A DNA stretch of 64,000 nucleotides from an uncultured Candidatus Rokubacteria bacterium (GTDB lineage Bacteria > Methylomirabilota > Methylomirabilia > Rokubacteriales > DASRDR01), in contig CAVPSB010000012.1 of assembly GCA_963708025.1 (NCBI GenBank), positions 352,001 to 416,000 on the forward strand, written 5' to 3'. The stretch's first letter is position 1; each line of letters begins with the position of its first letter. Below are positions 1 to 10,177 of this stretch, in pieces. The notes beneath the pieces were generated by a model, which saw only the letters and a program-made list of their open reading frames with translations, made no database searches and had not been told where the DNA came from. A program made the translations under genes and the position numbers.

Positions 1-962
1 GGTGGTGGTGGCGAAGGACGCCGAGTTCGGCCGCAACGCCGGCGTGTACCGGCTCATGTACCGCGGGCCGCGGCACACCAGCATCGACATGGTCTCGCAC
101 TCCGACCTCCGGACCTTCTACCGGCGGAGCCTGGAGCGGCGGCAGCCGCTGCCCATCGCGATCGCGCTCGGCACCCACCTGAACGAGCTGATGGCCGCCG
201 GGTACGGCGCGCCCCATGGGCGTGGACGAGTTCGCGGTGGCCGGGGGGCTGCACGGCCAGCCGGTCGACCTGGTCCGCTGCCGGACCGTCCCACTCGAGG
301 TGCCGGCCAACGCCGAGATCGTGCTGGAGGGGGAGATCCTGCCGATCGGCTGGACGGAGGACGAGGGGCGCTTCGGCGACTTCACGAACCTCCAGTGCGG
401 GCTCAAGTGGAACCCGATCGTCCGCTACACCGCGATGTCCTACCGCCGGGACGCGCTCCTCTACGTGCTGACCATGCCGTGGGAGAACGACTGGCTGGGG
501 GCGCCGGCCGTCGAGGCCACCGCCCTGGCCGCGCTCCGGACGGCGGGGATCCAGGTGGCCACGCTCCGGGTCACCCCCGGCGGCTGCTGCCACTTCCAGG
601 TGATCGCGTCGATCAAGAAGCGGGCGGGGGAGGGGAAGAACGCGCTGCTCGCGCTCCTGTCCCTCGGCATCGTGAAGTGGGCCATCGTCACCGACGACGA
701 CATCGACATCTACGACCAGGACGAGCTGGACTGGGCGGTGACGTTCCGGGTCCAGGCCGACCGGGACGTCTACATCCTGCCCGGCATGCGCGGGAAGCAC
801 CTGGACCCCAGCGTCCGCGCCTGGGAGCTGCCGAAGGGCGAGGTCCCGATCACCGCCAAGTTCGGCATCGACGCGACCATTCCCGAGGGCATCGCCCCGA
901 CCCACTACGAGCGGCTGGTGGTGGCCGGTCTCGACGAGGTGGACCCCCATGAGTACTTCTGA
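1..962 (+). CDS. UbiD-family (prFMN-dependent) decarboxylase, 5'-truncated by window, one apparent frameshift near 212
   Basis: Frame 2 gives NAGVYRL...LPIAIALG; frame of ORF 216-962 gives VPANAEIVLEGEI, EGRFGDF, IVTDDDIDIYD..ELDWAVTFR, KFGIDAT, all UbiD motifs. Confidence 0.88.
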
Positions 963-1155
963 GGCGGAGGTGACGCGGCTGGCCGACGCGATGCTCCGGA
1001 TGCTCCGGGCCGAGCCGCGGTTCTTCATCGACCTGGTCCGCGCGTTCCCCGAGGTGCCCTACCGCGCGGTCCTGCTGGCGTGGGGCCGGGTGCGGGAGCG
1101 CGTGCGCCTGGCCCGCGACGAGGAGGGCCGCTACCTGGCGCCCCCGGCCGCCTGA
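949..1155 (+). CDS. Small hypothetical protein (68 aa) overlapping the UbiD stop
   Basis: GAGG upstream of ATG 949, overlap with the UbiD end, host-like codon usage. Confidence 0.6.
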   Translation: MSTSEAEVTRLADAMLRMLRAEPRFFIDLVRAFPEVPYRAVLLAWGRVRERVRLARDEEGRYLAPPAA

Positions 1156-1164
1156 CCGCCCCCC

Positions 1165-1653
1165 GTGGCCGAGGGGCGTGCCGCCGGCGTCTATCCGATC
1201 ACGAGCGGCGACGGCCGGCCCACCGAGGCGCTGGTGGCGGCCGCCGGCTACGGCTACGCGCACTCCTGCGTGACCTCGGAGAACTTCCCGGCCCGCCACC
1301 TCGGCGGGCCAAGGGCGCGCGACGTCGTGCTCGTCGAGTTCGACCGCGACGTCTCCTCGGCGGAGGCCGTGGCCGGGGCCGCCCGGCTGGGCCTCGGGCC
1401 GCCGACGTACGAGGACGCCCTCTACTTCGCGATCGCGCACCCGGAGGTCCAGCGCGAGCGGCCGGTCGTCTTCCTCCACGACCCCTGGGTCGGCTTCTTC
1501 GGACGCCGGGACGTGCTCTGCCTCTGGGAGAACGCCGGCCGCCGCGAGCTCGGCCTCGAAGACTTCGACGGCCGCTGGAGGCCGGGGTACCGCTTCGCGT
1601 TCGTCGGCCCCGACGCCGGCCCGACCGACCCGACCACGAGGGCGTCCGCGTAG
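1165..1653 (+). CDS. Hypothetical protein, probable C-type-lectin-fold family
   Basis: VTSENFP, LGLGPPTYEDALYFAIAHPEVQRERPVV and C-terminal FDGRW...YRFAFV pattern; strong GC3 bias. Confidence 0.7.
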   Translation: MAEGRAAGVYPITSGDGRPTEALVAAAGYGYAHSCVTSENFPARHLGGPRARDVVLVEFDRDVSSAEAVAGAARLGLGPPTYEDALYFAIAHPEVQRERPVVFLHDPWVGFFGRRDVLCLWENAGRRELGLEDFDGRWRPGYRFAFVGPDAGPTDPTTRASA

Positions 1654-1689
1654 CGCCCGAAAGTGTCCACGGACGCGGGCTCGGACGGG

Positions 1690-2898
1690 TCAGCCGCCGA
1701 ACTCGGCGAGGAAGACCCGGAGACCGAAGCTGAAATACACGGAGCCGAGGTCCCCCCGCTCGGCCGGGCTGCCTGTGATCTTCACCTCGTGACTCCCCAG
1801 GAAGTTGTACTTCGCCTCGAAGCCGACCGCGATGTTGCTCGTGACGAAGTACTCGATGCCCGCGCCCACGGCGGCGGCCACCGCGAAGTCCTTCGAGCCG
1901 ATCTGGAGATCGGCGCTCGGGGGCTTCCCGTCGTTGAACTCGGCGTAGCTCGCGCCGACGCCGACGAGCCCATAGGGCTGTAGCCGCCCGCCCATCAACG
2001 GATAGCGCAGGCGGACCTGCGGCATGATCGTGTACAAGGCGTACTCGCCGATGCTGCCCCGGCCGGGGAGGGCCAGCTGCACCTCGTGGCCTTCGAAGGC
2101 GACCTCGGCCCCGAAATAGCGGCCGAAGTTCGAGCCGACAGCTACCCCGTACATCCAGCTGAAGCCGGTCGCCCCGGTGTCCTTCCTCGTCTCGATGGTC
2201 GGGAACGCGCTGTCATCGGTGAGGAGAGCGCCGCCGACGCGCACGCCGAGGTACAGGCGGACGGGCACGTCGCGTCTCGACTCGGCCAGGGGCGCCGGTC
2301 TGAGCTCGGGGTAGAAGAGGCGAAGCGTCAGGAACGTGAGCAGCGAGTCGATGTCGTTCGAGTGCTTCACGCCGTCGATCTCGATCGACTGGCCTCCGGA
2401 CAGGAGGTACTTGACCTCGAGGCCCACCGCGATATTGTCGGCGACGAAGTACTCGACTCCGCCCCCGACCGCCGCCACCGCGACCGTGCGGTCGCCGTTG
2501 ACGGAGAGGCCGAAGCCCCGCGGCTTGCGATCGTTGAACTGGGAGACGGCGAAGCCCACGCCCCCGACGATGTAGGGTGTGAGCCTGCCGTCGAGGAGGG
2601 GGTAGCGCAGTCGCACCTCGGGGACGAGGGAGAAGACGCCGATCTCGCCGATGACGCCGCGCCCACTGAAGCTGGGTTTGAGCTCCCAGAAGTCTCCCGC
2701 CAGCTCGACGCCCACGTATCGGTTCAGACTTACCCCGAGAGAGAGACCGTGCGAATCGTGCACGCCGGTTCCGGGATTGGTGTCGAAGGTCCGCAGGCCG
2801 AGATAGTAGCGTGTCCGGTCGCTGTCCTCGGCCCTGGCGGCATTGGGGCTCACGGCCAGCAGGACCAGGGCGAGCCAGGCGGCAGCGATGCGCTTCAC
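1690..2898 (-). CDS. Outer-membrane protein with two tandem OmpW/OmpA-like 8-stranded beta-barrel domains
   Basis: Signal peptide (..AARA-ED); duplicated VRLRYPL..GRL.PY...GVG and GGGVEYFV..NIAVG.E.KY motifs. Confidence 0.85.
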   Translation of the reverse strand: MKRIAAAWLALVLLAVSPNAARAEDSDRTRYYLGLRTFDTNPGTGVHDSHGLSLGVSLNRYVGVELAGDFWELKPSFSGRGVIGEIGVFSLVPEVRLRYPLLDGRLTPYIVGGVGFAVSQFNDRKPRGFGLSVNGDRTVAVAAVGGGVEYFVADNIAVGLEVKYLLSGGQSIEIDGVKHSNDIDSLLTFLTLRLFYPELRPAPLAESRRDVPVRLYLGVRVGGALLTDDSAFPTIETRKDTGATGFSWMYGVAVGSNFGRYFGAEVAFEGHEVQLALPGRGSIGEYALYTIMPQVRLRYPLMGGRLQPYGLVGVGASYAEFNDGKPPSADLQIGSKDFAVAAAVGAGIEYFVTSNIAVGFEAKYNFLGSHEVKITGSPAERGDLGSVYFSFGLRVFLAEFGG

Positions 2899-3158
2899 GG
2901 TCGTCGGCCCCCGACCGTACCGAGGGCGATCACCTTGCAGCGCCCCAGACCGTCGATCATGCCCTTCGTGATGCGCCGGGCCTTGGCGTAGAGCGCGTCG
3001 GCGTCGCGCGCGGCCCGGACGAACTCCTCCTCGCTCCCCGGAGGCACCTCGACGATCTCGGCCCCGATCGGCCCCGGAGTCTCCATCTCGGCCTCGTAGC
3101 CCACGCCCGGAACGCCGAAGCTGATGCCCTGCGGCGTCACCACCTTTAGCCGTGCCAC
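2895..3158 (-). pseudogene. N-terminal fragment (87 aa) of a D-2-hydroxyacid dehydrogenase/CtBP-like enzyme
   Basis: AGGAGG RBS then GTG 3158; EEEFVRAARDADAL..ITKGMIDGLGRCKVIALGTVG then a stop overlapping the OMP GTG; NAD-binding domain absent. Confidence 0.7.
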
Positions 3159-3205
3159 CCTGGCCTCCTGTCTCCGCCCGGGAGCTCCCGGGCGTCCGGC
3201 ACCCC

Positions 3206-3243
3206 TTGACGAGCGCGTGTGTTCGTGATGAATTTCATATACT
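3206..3243. promoter_or_regulatory. AT-rich divergent promoter/operator region with palindrome ATGAA-T-TTCAT
   Basis: TTGACG at 3206, perfect inverted repeat 3228-3238, TATACT 3238-3243 between divergent genes. Confidence 0.45.
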
Positions 3244-3299
3244 TTTCGGTAACCCTGCGCAAGTAGGTCCGGGCCCACCCATCGGGAGAGGAGACGACG

Positions 3300-5076
3300 A
3301 TGTCTCGAGAGCCCAGTGACAAGGGACTCAGCCGCCGCGAGCTCATCAAGACGGGCGCCCTGGCCGCCGGCGCCGCCGCGGTGCTGCCGGCCCGGCCGGC
3401 GGCCGCCCAGCTCAAGACCGTGGCCCGCAACCGGACGCTCAGCCTGGTGTGGATCGGGAGCCGGGAGGGCCGGTGGGTCGACTTCGAGCTCTGGAACCCG
3501 TACTCCATCGGCTCCAACCACCAGAACGGCCCCGGCATCCTCTACGAGCCGCTGGCCTTCTACAGCGCCTTCGCCGACAAGGAGCTCCTCTGGCTGGCCG
3601 AGAGCTACCGGTACAGCGCCGACTTCAAGGAGCTGACGATCAAGACGCGCTCCGGCATCAAGTGGAGCGACGGCGCCCCGTTCTCGGCCGAGGACGTGGC
3701 CTACACGCTGACCAGCCTGCGCGACCTGGGGCCGAAGGTGCGGTGGGGCGTCGACGTCCAGCAGTTCATGCAGGAGGCGCGGGCGACCGACGCCAACACG
3801 GTCGTGATCAAGTTCAAGGTCCCCGCGCCCCGGTTCTTCTTCTTCCTGACCTACAAGTACGACATCGGCGTCTACATCGTGCCGAAGCACGTCTTCCAGG
3901 GCCAGGACTGGACCACCTTCAAGCACTTCGACGTCGCCAAGGGCTGGCCGATCACCACCGGGCCCTGGAAGGTGGTCTTCTCCTCGCCCCAGCAGAAGGT
4001 GATCGACCGGCGGGACGAGTGGTGGGCGGCCAAGGCCGGCCTGGCGCCGATGCCGAAGGTCGAGCGCAACATCTGGCTGCCCAACGCCACCGAGCAGCAG
4101 AACGCCCAGCTCCTCATCATCGAACCAGCTCGACTTCTCCGGGTCCCTGCAGCCGGCCACGTTCGAGACGGTCTTCCGCCAGAATCCCAAGATCATCACG
4201 CACTCCGGGCAGAAGCCGCCCTACGGCTACATGGACTGGTGGCCGATCTCGCTCTACGTCAACAACGAGCGGCCACCCTTCGACGACAAGGACGTCCGCT
4301 GGGCCATCAGCTACTTCATCGACCGGCAGCAGATCGTCGACGTCGGGTATCTGGGGGCCTCGCTGGTGTCGCCGCTGCCGCTGCCCGAGTACCCGGCGCT
4401 CAAGCCGTACATCGACGGCGTCAAGGACCTCCTCGCGAAGTACAACACGCTCGAGTACAACCCCAAGAAGGGCGAGGAGCTGCTGACCCGCAAGGGCTGG
4501 AAGAAGGACGCCCAGGGCTTCTGGATCGACCCCAGGGGCAGCCGCCTGAAGCTCGACATCATCGGCTTCGGCGTCGAGCGGGCCCGCGATCGGCCCGGTG
4601 CTCGTCGGAGCTCCTCAAGCGGCAGGGGGTCGACGCCAGCATGAGCCTGCCGCCGGACTTCGACGACCGGTTCCAGAAGGGCCAGTACACGGGCGCGATC
4701 TACGGCCACGGCGGGGGCGTCAACGACCCCTACTACACCCTCCGGCTCTACCAGAGCGTCGACGGTCGCCGTCCCCGGCGCCCACCTCGTCAACTTCGCC
4801 CGTGGAAGAACGAGGCCTACAACAAGATCGTGGACGACGTGTTCGTCACCGACATGCGGAACAAGACCCGGCTCCTGGAGCTCTTCCGCAAGGCGATGGA
4901 GATCTGGCTCCCCGAGCTGCCGGACATCCCGCTCGTCCAGCAACTTCCACCGGATCCCGATGAACACGACCTACTGGACGAACTGGCCGACCGCCGAGAA
5001 CCCGTACGTCAACGGCGCCTTCTGGCACCTCACGTACGCGATGGTGCTCTGGAACCTCCAGCCGACGCAGCAGTAG
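3300..5076 (+). CDS. ABC transporter substrate-binding protein, family 5 (Opp/Dpp-like), Tat signal; several apparent frameshifts (about 4121, 4575-4600, 4760-4800, 4940)
   Basis: SRRELIK Tat motif; LYEPL, WLAESY, KWSDGAPFSAEDVAYT, PFDDKDVRWAISYFIDR, YWTNWP segments spread over alternating frames. Confidence 0.88.
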
Positions 5077-5107
5077 GCGCCGCGGAGCGCGCGACCTCGT
5101 CCAGAGT

Positions 5108-5170
5108 GGTGGAGGGGTGCGGGGCCAAAGGCCGAAGGCCGTCGAAAAGCCCGCCGCTGCGCCCCCCCGC
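5108..5170 (+). repeat. Intergenic palindrome carrying the CCAAAGGCCGAAGGCCGTC module (shared with repeat family A)
   Basis: GGCC-GAA-GGCC at 5130-5140 between G-rich and C-rich arms. Confidence 0.7.
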
Positions 5171-5177
5171 CTGAACA

Positions 5178-6182
5178 ATGCCGGCTGACTACCTCCTCCG
5201 GCGGGTGGGCGTGTTCCTGCTCATCGCGTGGCTCGCCGCCAGCCTGAACTTCTTCCTGCCCCGGCTCACCGGGCAGGACCCGGTCCGCGTCAAGCTGCTC
5301 CAGCAGGCCCAGCTCGGCGGGCACGTCCAGGCCGGCATCGAGGAGATGGTCCGGGAGTACGACCGGCGGTTCGGCCTCGACCGGCCGCTGTGGGTGCAGT
5401 ACCTCGCCTTCCTCCGGGACGCGGCCCGGCTGGACTTCAACTACTCCATCGCCAACTACCCGCGCACCGTGAACGAGATGATCGCGGAGGCCCTCCCCTG
5501 GACGGTCGCGCTCCTCGGCACCACCACGGTCGTCTCCTTCGCGCTCGGGACGTTCCTGGGCGCGCTGCTCGGCTGGCCGGGGGCGCCCCGGTGGATGCGG
5601 TGGCTCATGCCGCCCCTGTGGGCGCTCCACGCCATCCCGTTCTTCCTGCTCGGCCTCATCCTGATCTACCTCTTCGCGTTCCGGATCCCGGTGCTCCCGA
5701 TGTTCGGCGGCTACAGCGCCGGCGCCTTCCCGGCCTTCACGCTCGCCTTCGTCGTCGACCTGGTCCGGCACGCGATCCTGCCGGCCCTGTCCATCGTGCT
5801 GGTGGCGACGGGCGGGTGGGCCCTGTCGATGCGCGGCATGATGGTCACGACCCAGGGCGAGGACTACGTGATCTTCGCCGAGGCCAAGGGCCTCCGGAGC
5901 CTCACGATCTTCCTCCGCTACTGCGTCCGGAACGCGCTCCTCCCCCAGGCCACCGGCCTCGCCCTGGCGCTCGGCCAGATCGTGTCCGGCGCGGTCCTGG
6001 TCGAGGTGATCTTCGGCTATCCGGGCATCGGCACCGTCCTGTTCCAGGCCATCCGGGAGAACGACCACTTCCTGATCCAGGGGATCGTGTTCACCGTGAT
6101 CGTCGCGCTGGGGCTCGCGACCTTGATCCTCGACGCCGTCTACCCGTTGCTCGATCCCCGCATCTCGTATCGGAAAGCGTAG
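5178..6182 (+). CDS. ABC transporter permease (OppB/DppB-like)
   Basis: FGLDRPLWVQY, EDYVIFAEAKGL EAA loop, VEVIFGYPGIG. Confidence 0.93.
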   Translation: MPADYLLRRVGVFLLIAWLAASLNFFLPRLTGQDPVRVKLLQQAQLGGHVQAGIEEMVREYDRRFGLDRPLWVQYLAFLRDAARLDFNYSIANYPRTVNEMIAEALPWTVALLGTTTVVSFALGTFLGALLGWPGAPRWMRWLMPPLWALHAIPFFLLGLILIYLFAFRIPVLPMFGGYSAGAFPAFTLAFVVDLVRHAILPALSIVLVATGGWALSMRGMMVTTQGEDYVIFAEAKGLRSLTIFLRYCVRNALLPQATGLALALGQIVSGAVLVEVIFGYPGIGTVLFQAIRENDHFLIQGIVFTVIVALGLATLILDAVYPLLDPRISYRKA

Positions 6183-6195
6183 GGCGGGGCCGATG

Positions 6196-6392
6196 AGCGT
6201 CGCAACCTTCAACTCGGTCGGGACGCGCTCGGCCTGCGGCCTCGCGTCCGTCCCGACCTATGGTCGTCGGCCTCGGTCGTCGCCGATCCTCGGCGTACTC
6301 GGAGTACGCCTGCGGTCGGCGACTCCCTGCGTCCTAGCGCTGCTCGCTCCTCGGCCCCGCCCGGGACAATCTGGCTCATCTGCGACAACGCT
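6196..6392 (+). repeat. Structured intercistronic repeat, family B copy 1 (MITE/REP-like)
   Basis: Hairpins 6216-6258 and 6279-6323; imperfect terminal inverted ends AGCGT-CGCA / TGCGACAACGCT; homologous to the minus-strand copy near 58.3 kb. Confidence 0.75.
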
Positions 6393-6412
6393 GGCACTTC
6401 AAGGAGCGTAGG

Positions 6413-7315
6413 GTGGCTGTGAGCGGTCAGACGGAGCCGTCGGCTGCCGCCCCGCGGGCGGGCGCAATCCCGGCCGCGCTGCGCTACCTGCGCCGGAACC
6501 TCGCCCTGGTCCTGGGCGTCGTCCTGCTCGGGGCCCTGACCGCGTTCGTCGGGATCGGCCACCTCGTGGTGGACACGGCGAAGGCCCGGCCGCTCTCGGC
6601 CCCCACGCTCCGGCCGCCCTCCCGGCAGTACCCGCTCGGCACCGATCGCCAGGGCCGGGACCTCCTGGCCGTCATGGTCGTGGGCACGCCGCTCACCCTC
6701 CGGATCGGGTTCATCGCCGGGCTGATCGGCGTGGGGCTGGGCTCGGTGTTCGGGTTCACCGCCGCGTACTACCGGGGCAAGATCGATGTGGTCATCCGGG
6801 GGGTCGTCGACGTGGGCCTCACGGTCCCCGGGCTGCTGGTGCTGATCATCATCGCGGTCTCGATCAAGGAGGGCCTGACCGTCGACCAGATGGCCGTGGT
6901 CGTGGCCTCGCTGGCCTGGCTCAGCCCGACCCGCGCCATCCGGGCCCAGGTCCTGAGCCTCCGGGAGCGGGGCTACGTCGAGGTGGCCCGCCTCTCCGGC
7001 ATGAGCGGCCCCGAGATCATCGTGCGGGAGCTGGTGCCGAACCTCCTGCCCTACCTGGCGGCCACGCTCGTGAACGCGGTCTCCAGCGCCATCCTCGCCA
7101 GCGTGTTCCTGGAGGTCCTCGGCCTGGGGCCGATCGACTCGCCGACCCTCGGCATGACCCTCTACTGGGTGAACTTCAACGCCGCCCTGATCAACGGCTG
7201 GTGGTGGTGGTGGGCGGCGCCCATCGTCGTCATCCTCGTCGTGTTCCTCGGGCTGTTCTTCGTGACGGTGGGCCTGGACGAGGTCGCCAACCCCCGGCTG
7301 CGGCGGGCCGTGTGA
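6413..7315 (+). CDS. ABC transporter permease (OppC/DppC-like)
   Basis: PLGTDRQGRDLL, RAQVLSLRERGYVEVARLSG, NPRLR; AAGGAG RBS. Confidence 0.93.
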   Translation: MAVSGQTEPSAAAPRAGAIPAALRYLRRNLALVLGVVLLGALTAFVGIGHLVVDTAKARPLSAPTLRPPSRQYPLGTDRQGRDLLAVMVVGTPLTLRIGFIAGLIGVGLGSVFGFTAAYYRGKIDVVIRGVVDVGLTVPGLLVLIIIAVSIKEGLTVDQMAVVVASLAWLSPTRAIRAQVLSLRERGYVEVARLSGMSGPEIIVRELVPNLLPYLAATLVNAVSSAILASVFLEVLGLGPIDSPTLGMTLYWVNFNAALINGWWWWWAAPIVVILVVFLGLFFVTVGLDEVANPRLRRAV

Positions 7316-8268
7316 AGCCGGAGGTCCTGCGCGTGCGGGAGCTCTCGGTGCGGTACCACACGCCGGGAGGGGCGGTGCGGGCGGCGGACGGCATCACGTT
7401 CAGCCTCCGCGCCGACGAGCGCCTCGGCATCGCCGGGGAGTCCGGCTCCGGCAAGTCCACGATGGCCCTGTCCCTGCTGCGCCTGATCAAGCCGCCGGGT
7501 CGCATCGAGTCCGGGGAGATCTGGCTCGACGGGCAGGACCTCATGACCCTCTCTGACGATCAGATGCGGCGGCTCCGGCTGGCCCGCATCGCCCTCGTCC
7601 CCCAGGGCTCGATGAACTCGCTGAACCCGGTGCTGAGGATCCGCGACCAGATCGCCGACGCCCTGCGGGACCACGACGTGCGCTCCACGAGGGGAGAGAT
7701 CGAGGCGCGCGTGCGCGATCTCCTCCAGCGGGTCGGCCTCGGCCCCGAGGTCGCCGGCATGTTTCCCCACCAGCTCAGCGGCGGCATGAAGCAGCGGGCC
7801 TGCATCGCCATCGCCATGAGCCTCTCGCCCCGGGTCATCGTGGCCGACGAGCCCACCAGCGCCCTGGACGTCGTCGTGCAGAAGCAGGTCATGGACACGC
7901 TGGCCCGGGTCCAGGCCGACCTCGGCGCCTCCATCATCCTGGTGGGCCACGACATGGGGCTGATGGCCCAGTTCGTGGACCGGCTCGGCGTCATGTACGC
8001 CGGCAAGCTGGTCGAGATCTCGCCGGTCCGCGACGTCTTCACGGCGCCGCTCCACCCCTACACGCGGATGCTCATCGCCAGCCTGCCGTCCCTGGAGCGC
8101 CGGGGCGTCTTCCAGGGGATCCCGGGGCTCCCGCCGCCGCTCCGGGACCTACCGTCGGGGTGCGCATTCCATCCCCGCTGCCCCCTCGCCGTCGAGCGCT
8201 GCCGGACCGAGGCGCCCGCGCTCCGCGAAGCGCGGCCCGGCGCCTGGGCGGCGTGTCACCTCGCGTAG
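7312..8268 (+). CDS. ABC transporter ATP-binding protein (OppD-like)
   Basis: GESGSGKS, LSGGMKQR, ADEPTSALD, GCAFHPRC; GTGA overlap. Confidence 0.93.
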   Translation: MKPEVLRVRELSVRYHTPGGAVRAADGITFSLRADERLGIAGESGSGKSTMALSLLRLIKPPGRIESGEIWLDGQDLMTLSDDQMRRLRLARIALVPQGSMNSLNPVLRIRDQIADALRDHDVRSTRGEIEARVRDLLQRVGLGPEVAGMFPHQLSGGMKQRACIAIAMSLSPRVIVADEPTSALDVVVQKQVMDTLARVQADLGASIILVGHDMGLMAQFVDRLGVMYAGKLVEISPVRDVFTAPLHPYTRMLIASLPSLERRGVFQGIPGLPPPLRDLPSGCAFHPRCPLAVERCRTEAPALREARPGAWAACHLA

Positions 8269-8277
8269 GGGGTCAGC

Positions 8278-9336
8278 GTGACGGCGCTTCTCGAGGCCCG
8301 CGATCTCAGCAAGAGGTTCGGCGGCGGCCTGCTCGACCGGACCCACACCGTCGCCCTCCGGGACTTCTCGCTCGCCCTCGGCGAGGACTGCCCGTCCGTC
8401 ACCGCCGTGGTGGGGGAGAGCGGCAGCGGGAAGACGACGCTCGCCCGTCTCCTGCTCGGACTCCTCACGCCGAGCGGCGGCCGGGTCTCGTACCGCGGCC
8501 GGGACCTCGCGGCCATGTCGCGCCGGCAGTGGCGGACCTTCCGGCGCGAGGTCCAGGCGATCTTCCAGGATCCCTACGAGGTCTACAATCCCTTCTACCG
8601 GGTGGACCACGTCCTGACCGTGCCGGTCGCCCGGTTCGGGCTGGCAGCCTCCCGGGCCCAGGCCCGGTCCCTGATCGAGGACGCGCTGCGCGCCGTCGGG
8701 CTCCGCCCCGAGGAGACGCTCGGGCGGTTCCCGCACCAGCTCTCCGGGGGACAGCGCCAGCGGGTCATGGTGGCGCGGGCGCTCCTGCTCCGGCCGCGCG
8801 TGATCCTGGCCGACGAGCCGGTGTCGATGGTGGACGCCTCGCTCCGGGCGACGATCCTCGGCGCGCTGCGGCAGATGACGCTGGACCTCGGCATCCCGGT
8901 CGTCTACATCACGCACGACCTGGCGACCGCGTACCAGGTCAGCGAGAACATCGTCGTCCTCTTCCGCGGCGCCGTCGTCGAGGCCGGCGACGTGGAGCTG
9001 GTCGTCAAGCAGCCCCAGCACCCGTACACGCAGCTCCTCATCGCGTCGATCCCGCTGCCGGGAGTCGAGCGGACGTGGTCGGCGTCCGGTGGGCCGGCGC
9101 CGGCGGGACCCCGCCCGGCGACCGGAGGGGCCGGGTGCCCGTTCGAGGATCGCTGTCCGTCGGCGATGCCCGCCTGCCGGGCCTCGGCGCCGCCCCTGTT
9201 CCAGACCGGGCGTCACCGCGTGGTGTCCTGCTTCCTGTACCAGGACGCGCCGGCGCTGCCGGCCCACGAGATGGCGGCGGCCTTCGTCGAGACGGCGGCG
9301 GCGCCGCGGAAGGCCTGCGCCCCGGCCGCCCCTTGA
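8278..9336 (+). CDS. ABC transporter ATP-binding protein (OppF-like)
   Basis: GESGSGKT, LSGGQRQR, ADEPVSMVD, HPYTQLL, GCPFEDRC. Confidence 0.93.
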   Translation: MTALLEARDLSKRFGGGLLDRTHTVALRDFSLALGEDCPSVTAVVGESGSGKTTLARLLLGLLTPSGGRVSYRGRDLAAMSRRQWRTFRREVQAIFQDPYEVYNPFYRVDHVLTVPVARFGLAASRAQARSLIEDALRAVGLRPEETLGRFPHQLSGGQRQRVMVARALLLRPRVILADEPVSMVDASLRATILGALRQMTLDLGIPVVYITHDLATAYQVSENIVVLFRGAVVEAGDVELVVKQPQHPYTQLLIASIPLPGVERTWSASGGPAPAGPRPATGGAGCPFEDRCPSAMPACRASAPPLFQTGRHRVVSCFLYQDAPALPAHEMAAAFVETAAAPRKACAPAAP

Positions 9337-10109
9337 TGTCACGCCCGAGAACGGTGCTGGTGACGGGATCCGCCGGGCGCATCGGCCGGGCGGTGTGCGC
9401 GGAGCTCCTCGCCCGGGGACACCGGGTGCGCGGGTTCGACCGCGTCCCGTCGCCGGGCCTCGCCGACGCAGCCGAGGGCGACATCACGCGGCGGGCCGAC
9501 GTCGCCCGCGCGATGGCCGGCGTCGAGACGCTGATCCACCTGGCCGCCACGCCGGACGAGGACGACTTCCCGACGGCGCTCCTGCCCAACAACGTCGCCG
9601 GCCTCCACCACGTGCTGGAGGAGGCGCGCCTGGCCGGCGTTCGGCGCGTGATCCTGGCGAGCAGCGGCCAGGTCGTCCGGGGTCACGCGGGGCCGTTCCC
9701 GATCACCCCCGACACGCCGACCTCGCCGCGCAACTGGTACGCGGCCACCAAGATCCTGGCCGAGGCGGCGGCCCAGGTCTACGCGCACGCCCACGGCCTC
9801 GAGGTCCTCGTGATCCGCTGCGGCTGGTGCCCGCGCTCTGCCGACCACGCGCGGGAGCTAGAGGGGAGCCCCTTCGGCCGGGCGAGCTACCTGAGCCCGG
9901 GCGACGCCGGGCGCTGCTTCGCCGCCGCGGTGGAGGTGGAGCCCGTGCCGCGCTTCGCCGTGATCTTCGCCACCAGCCGGCCGGTCGGGCCCCCGCGCTA
10001 CGACCTGGGAGCGGCCCGGGCCCTCCTGGGCTACGAGCCGCGAGACCGCTGGCCCGGCGGGCTGGATCTGGACGCCTGCGGCAACGCCGGCCACGAGGGC
10101 GCGCCGTGA
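9336..10109 (+). CDS. NAD-dependent epimerase/dehydratase (uronate dehydrogenase-like extended SDR)
   Basis: VLVTGSAGRIG, IHLAA, YAATK; TGATG coupling to the upstream ATPase. Confidence 0.85.
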   Translation: MSRPRTVLVTGSAGRIGRAVCAELLARGHRVRGFDRVPSPGLADAAEGDITRRADVARAMAGVETLIHLAATPDEDDFPTALLPNNVAGLHHVLEEARLAGVRRVILASSGQVVRGHAGPFPITPDTPTSPRNWYAATKILAEAAAQVYAHAHGLEVLVIRCGWCPRSADHARELEGSPFGRASYLSPGDAGRCFAAAVEVEPVPRFAVIFATSRPVGPPRYDLGAARALLGYEPRDRWPGGLDLDACGNAGHEGAP

Positions 10110-10177
10110 CGGCGCCCCGCGAACGCTCACCTTACTTCGGCAGCTCCGCATCGGGGGTCGATGATAGAGTGAGAGCC

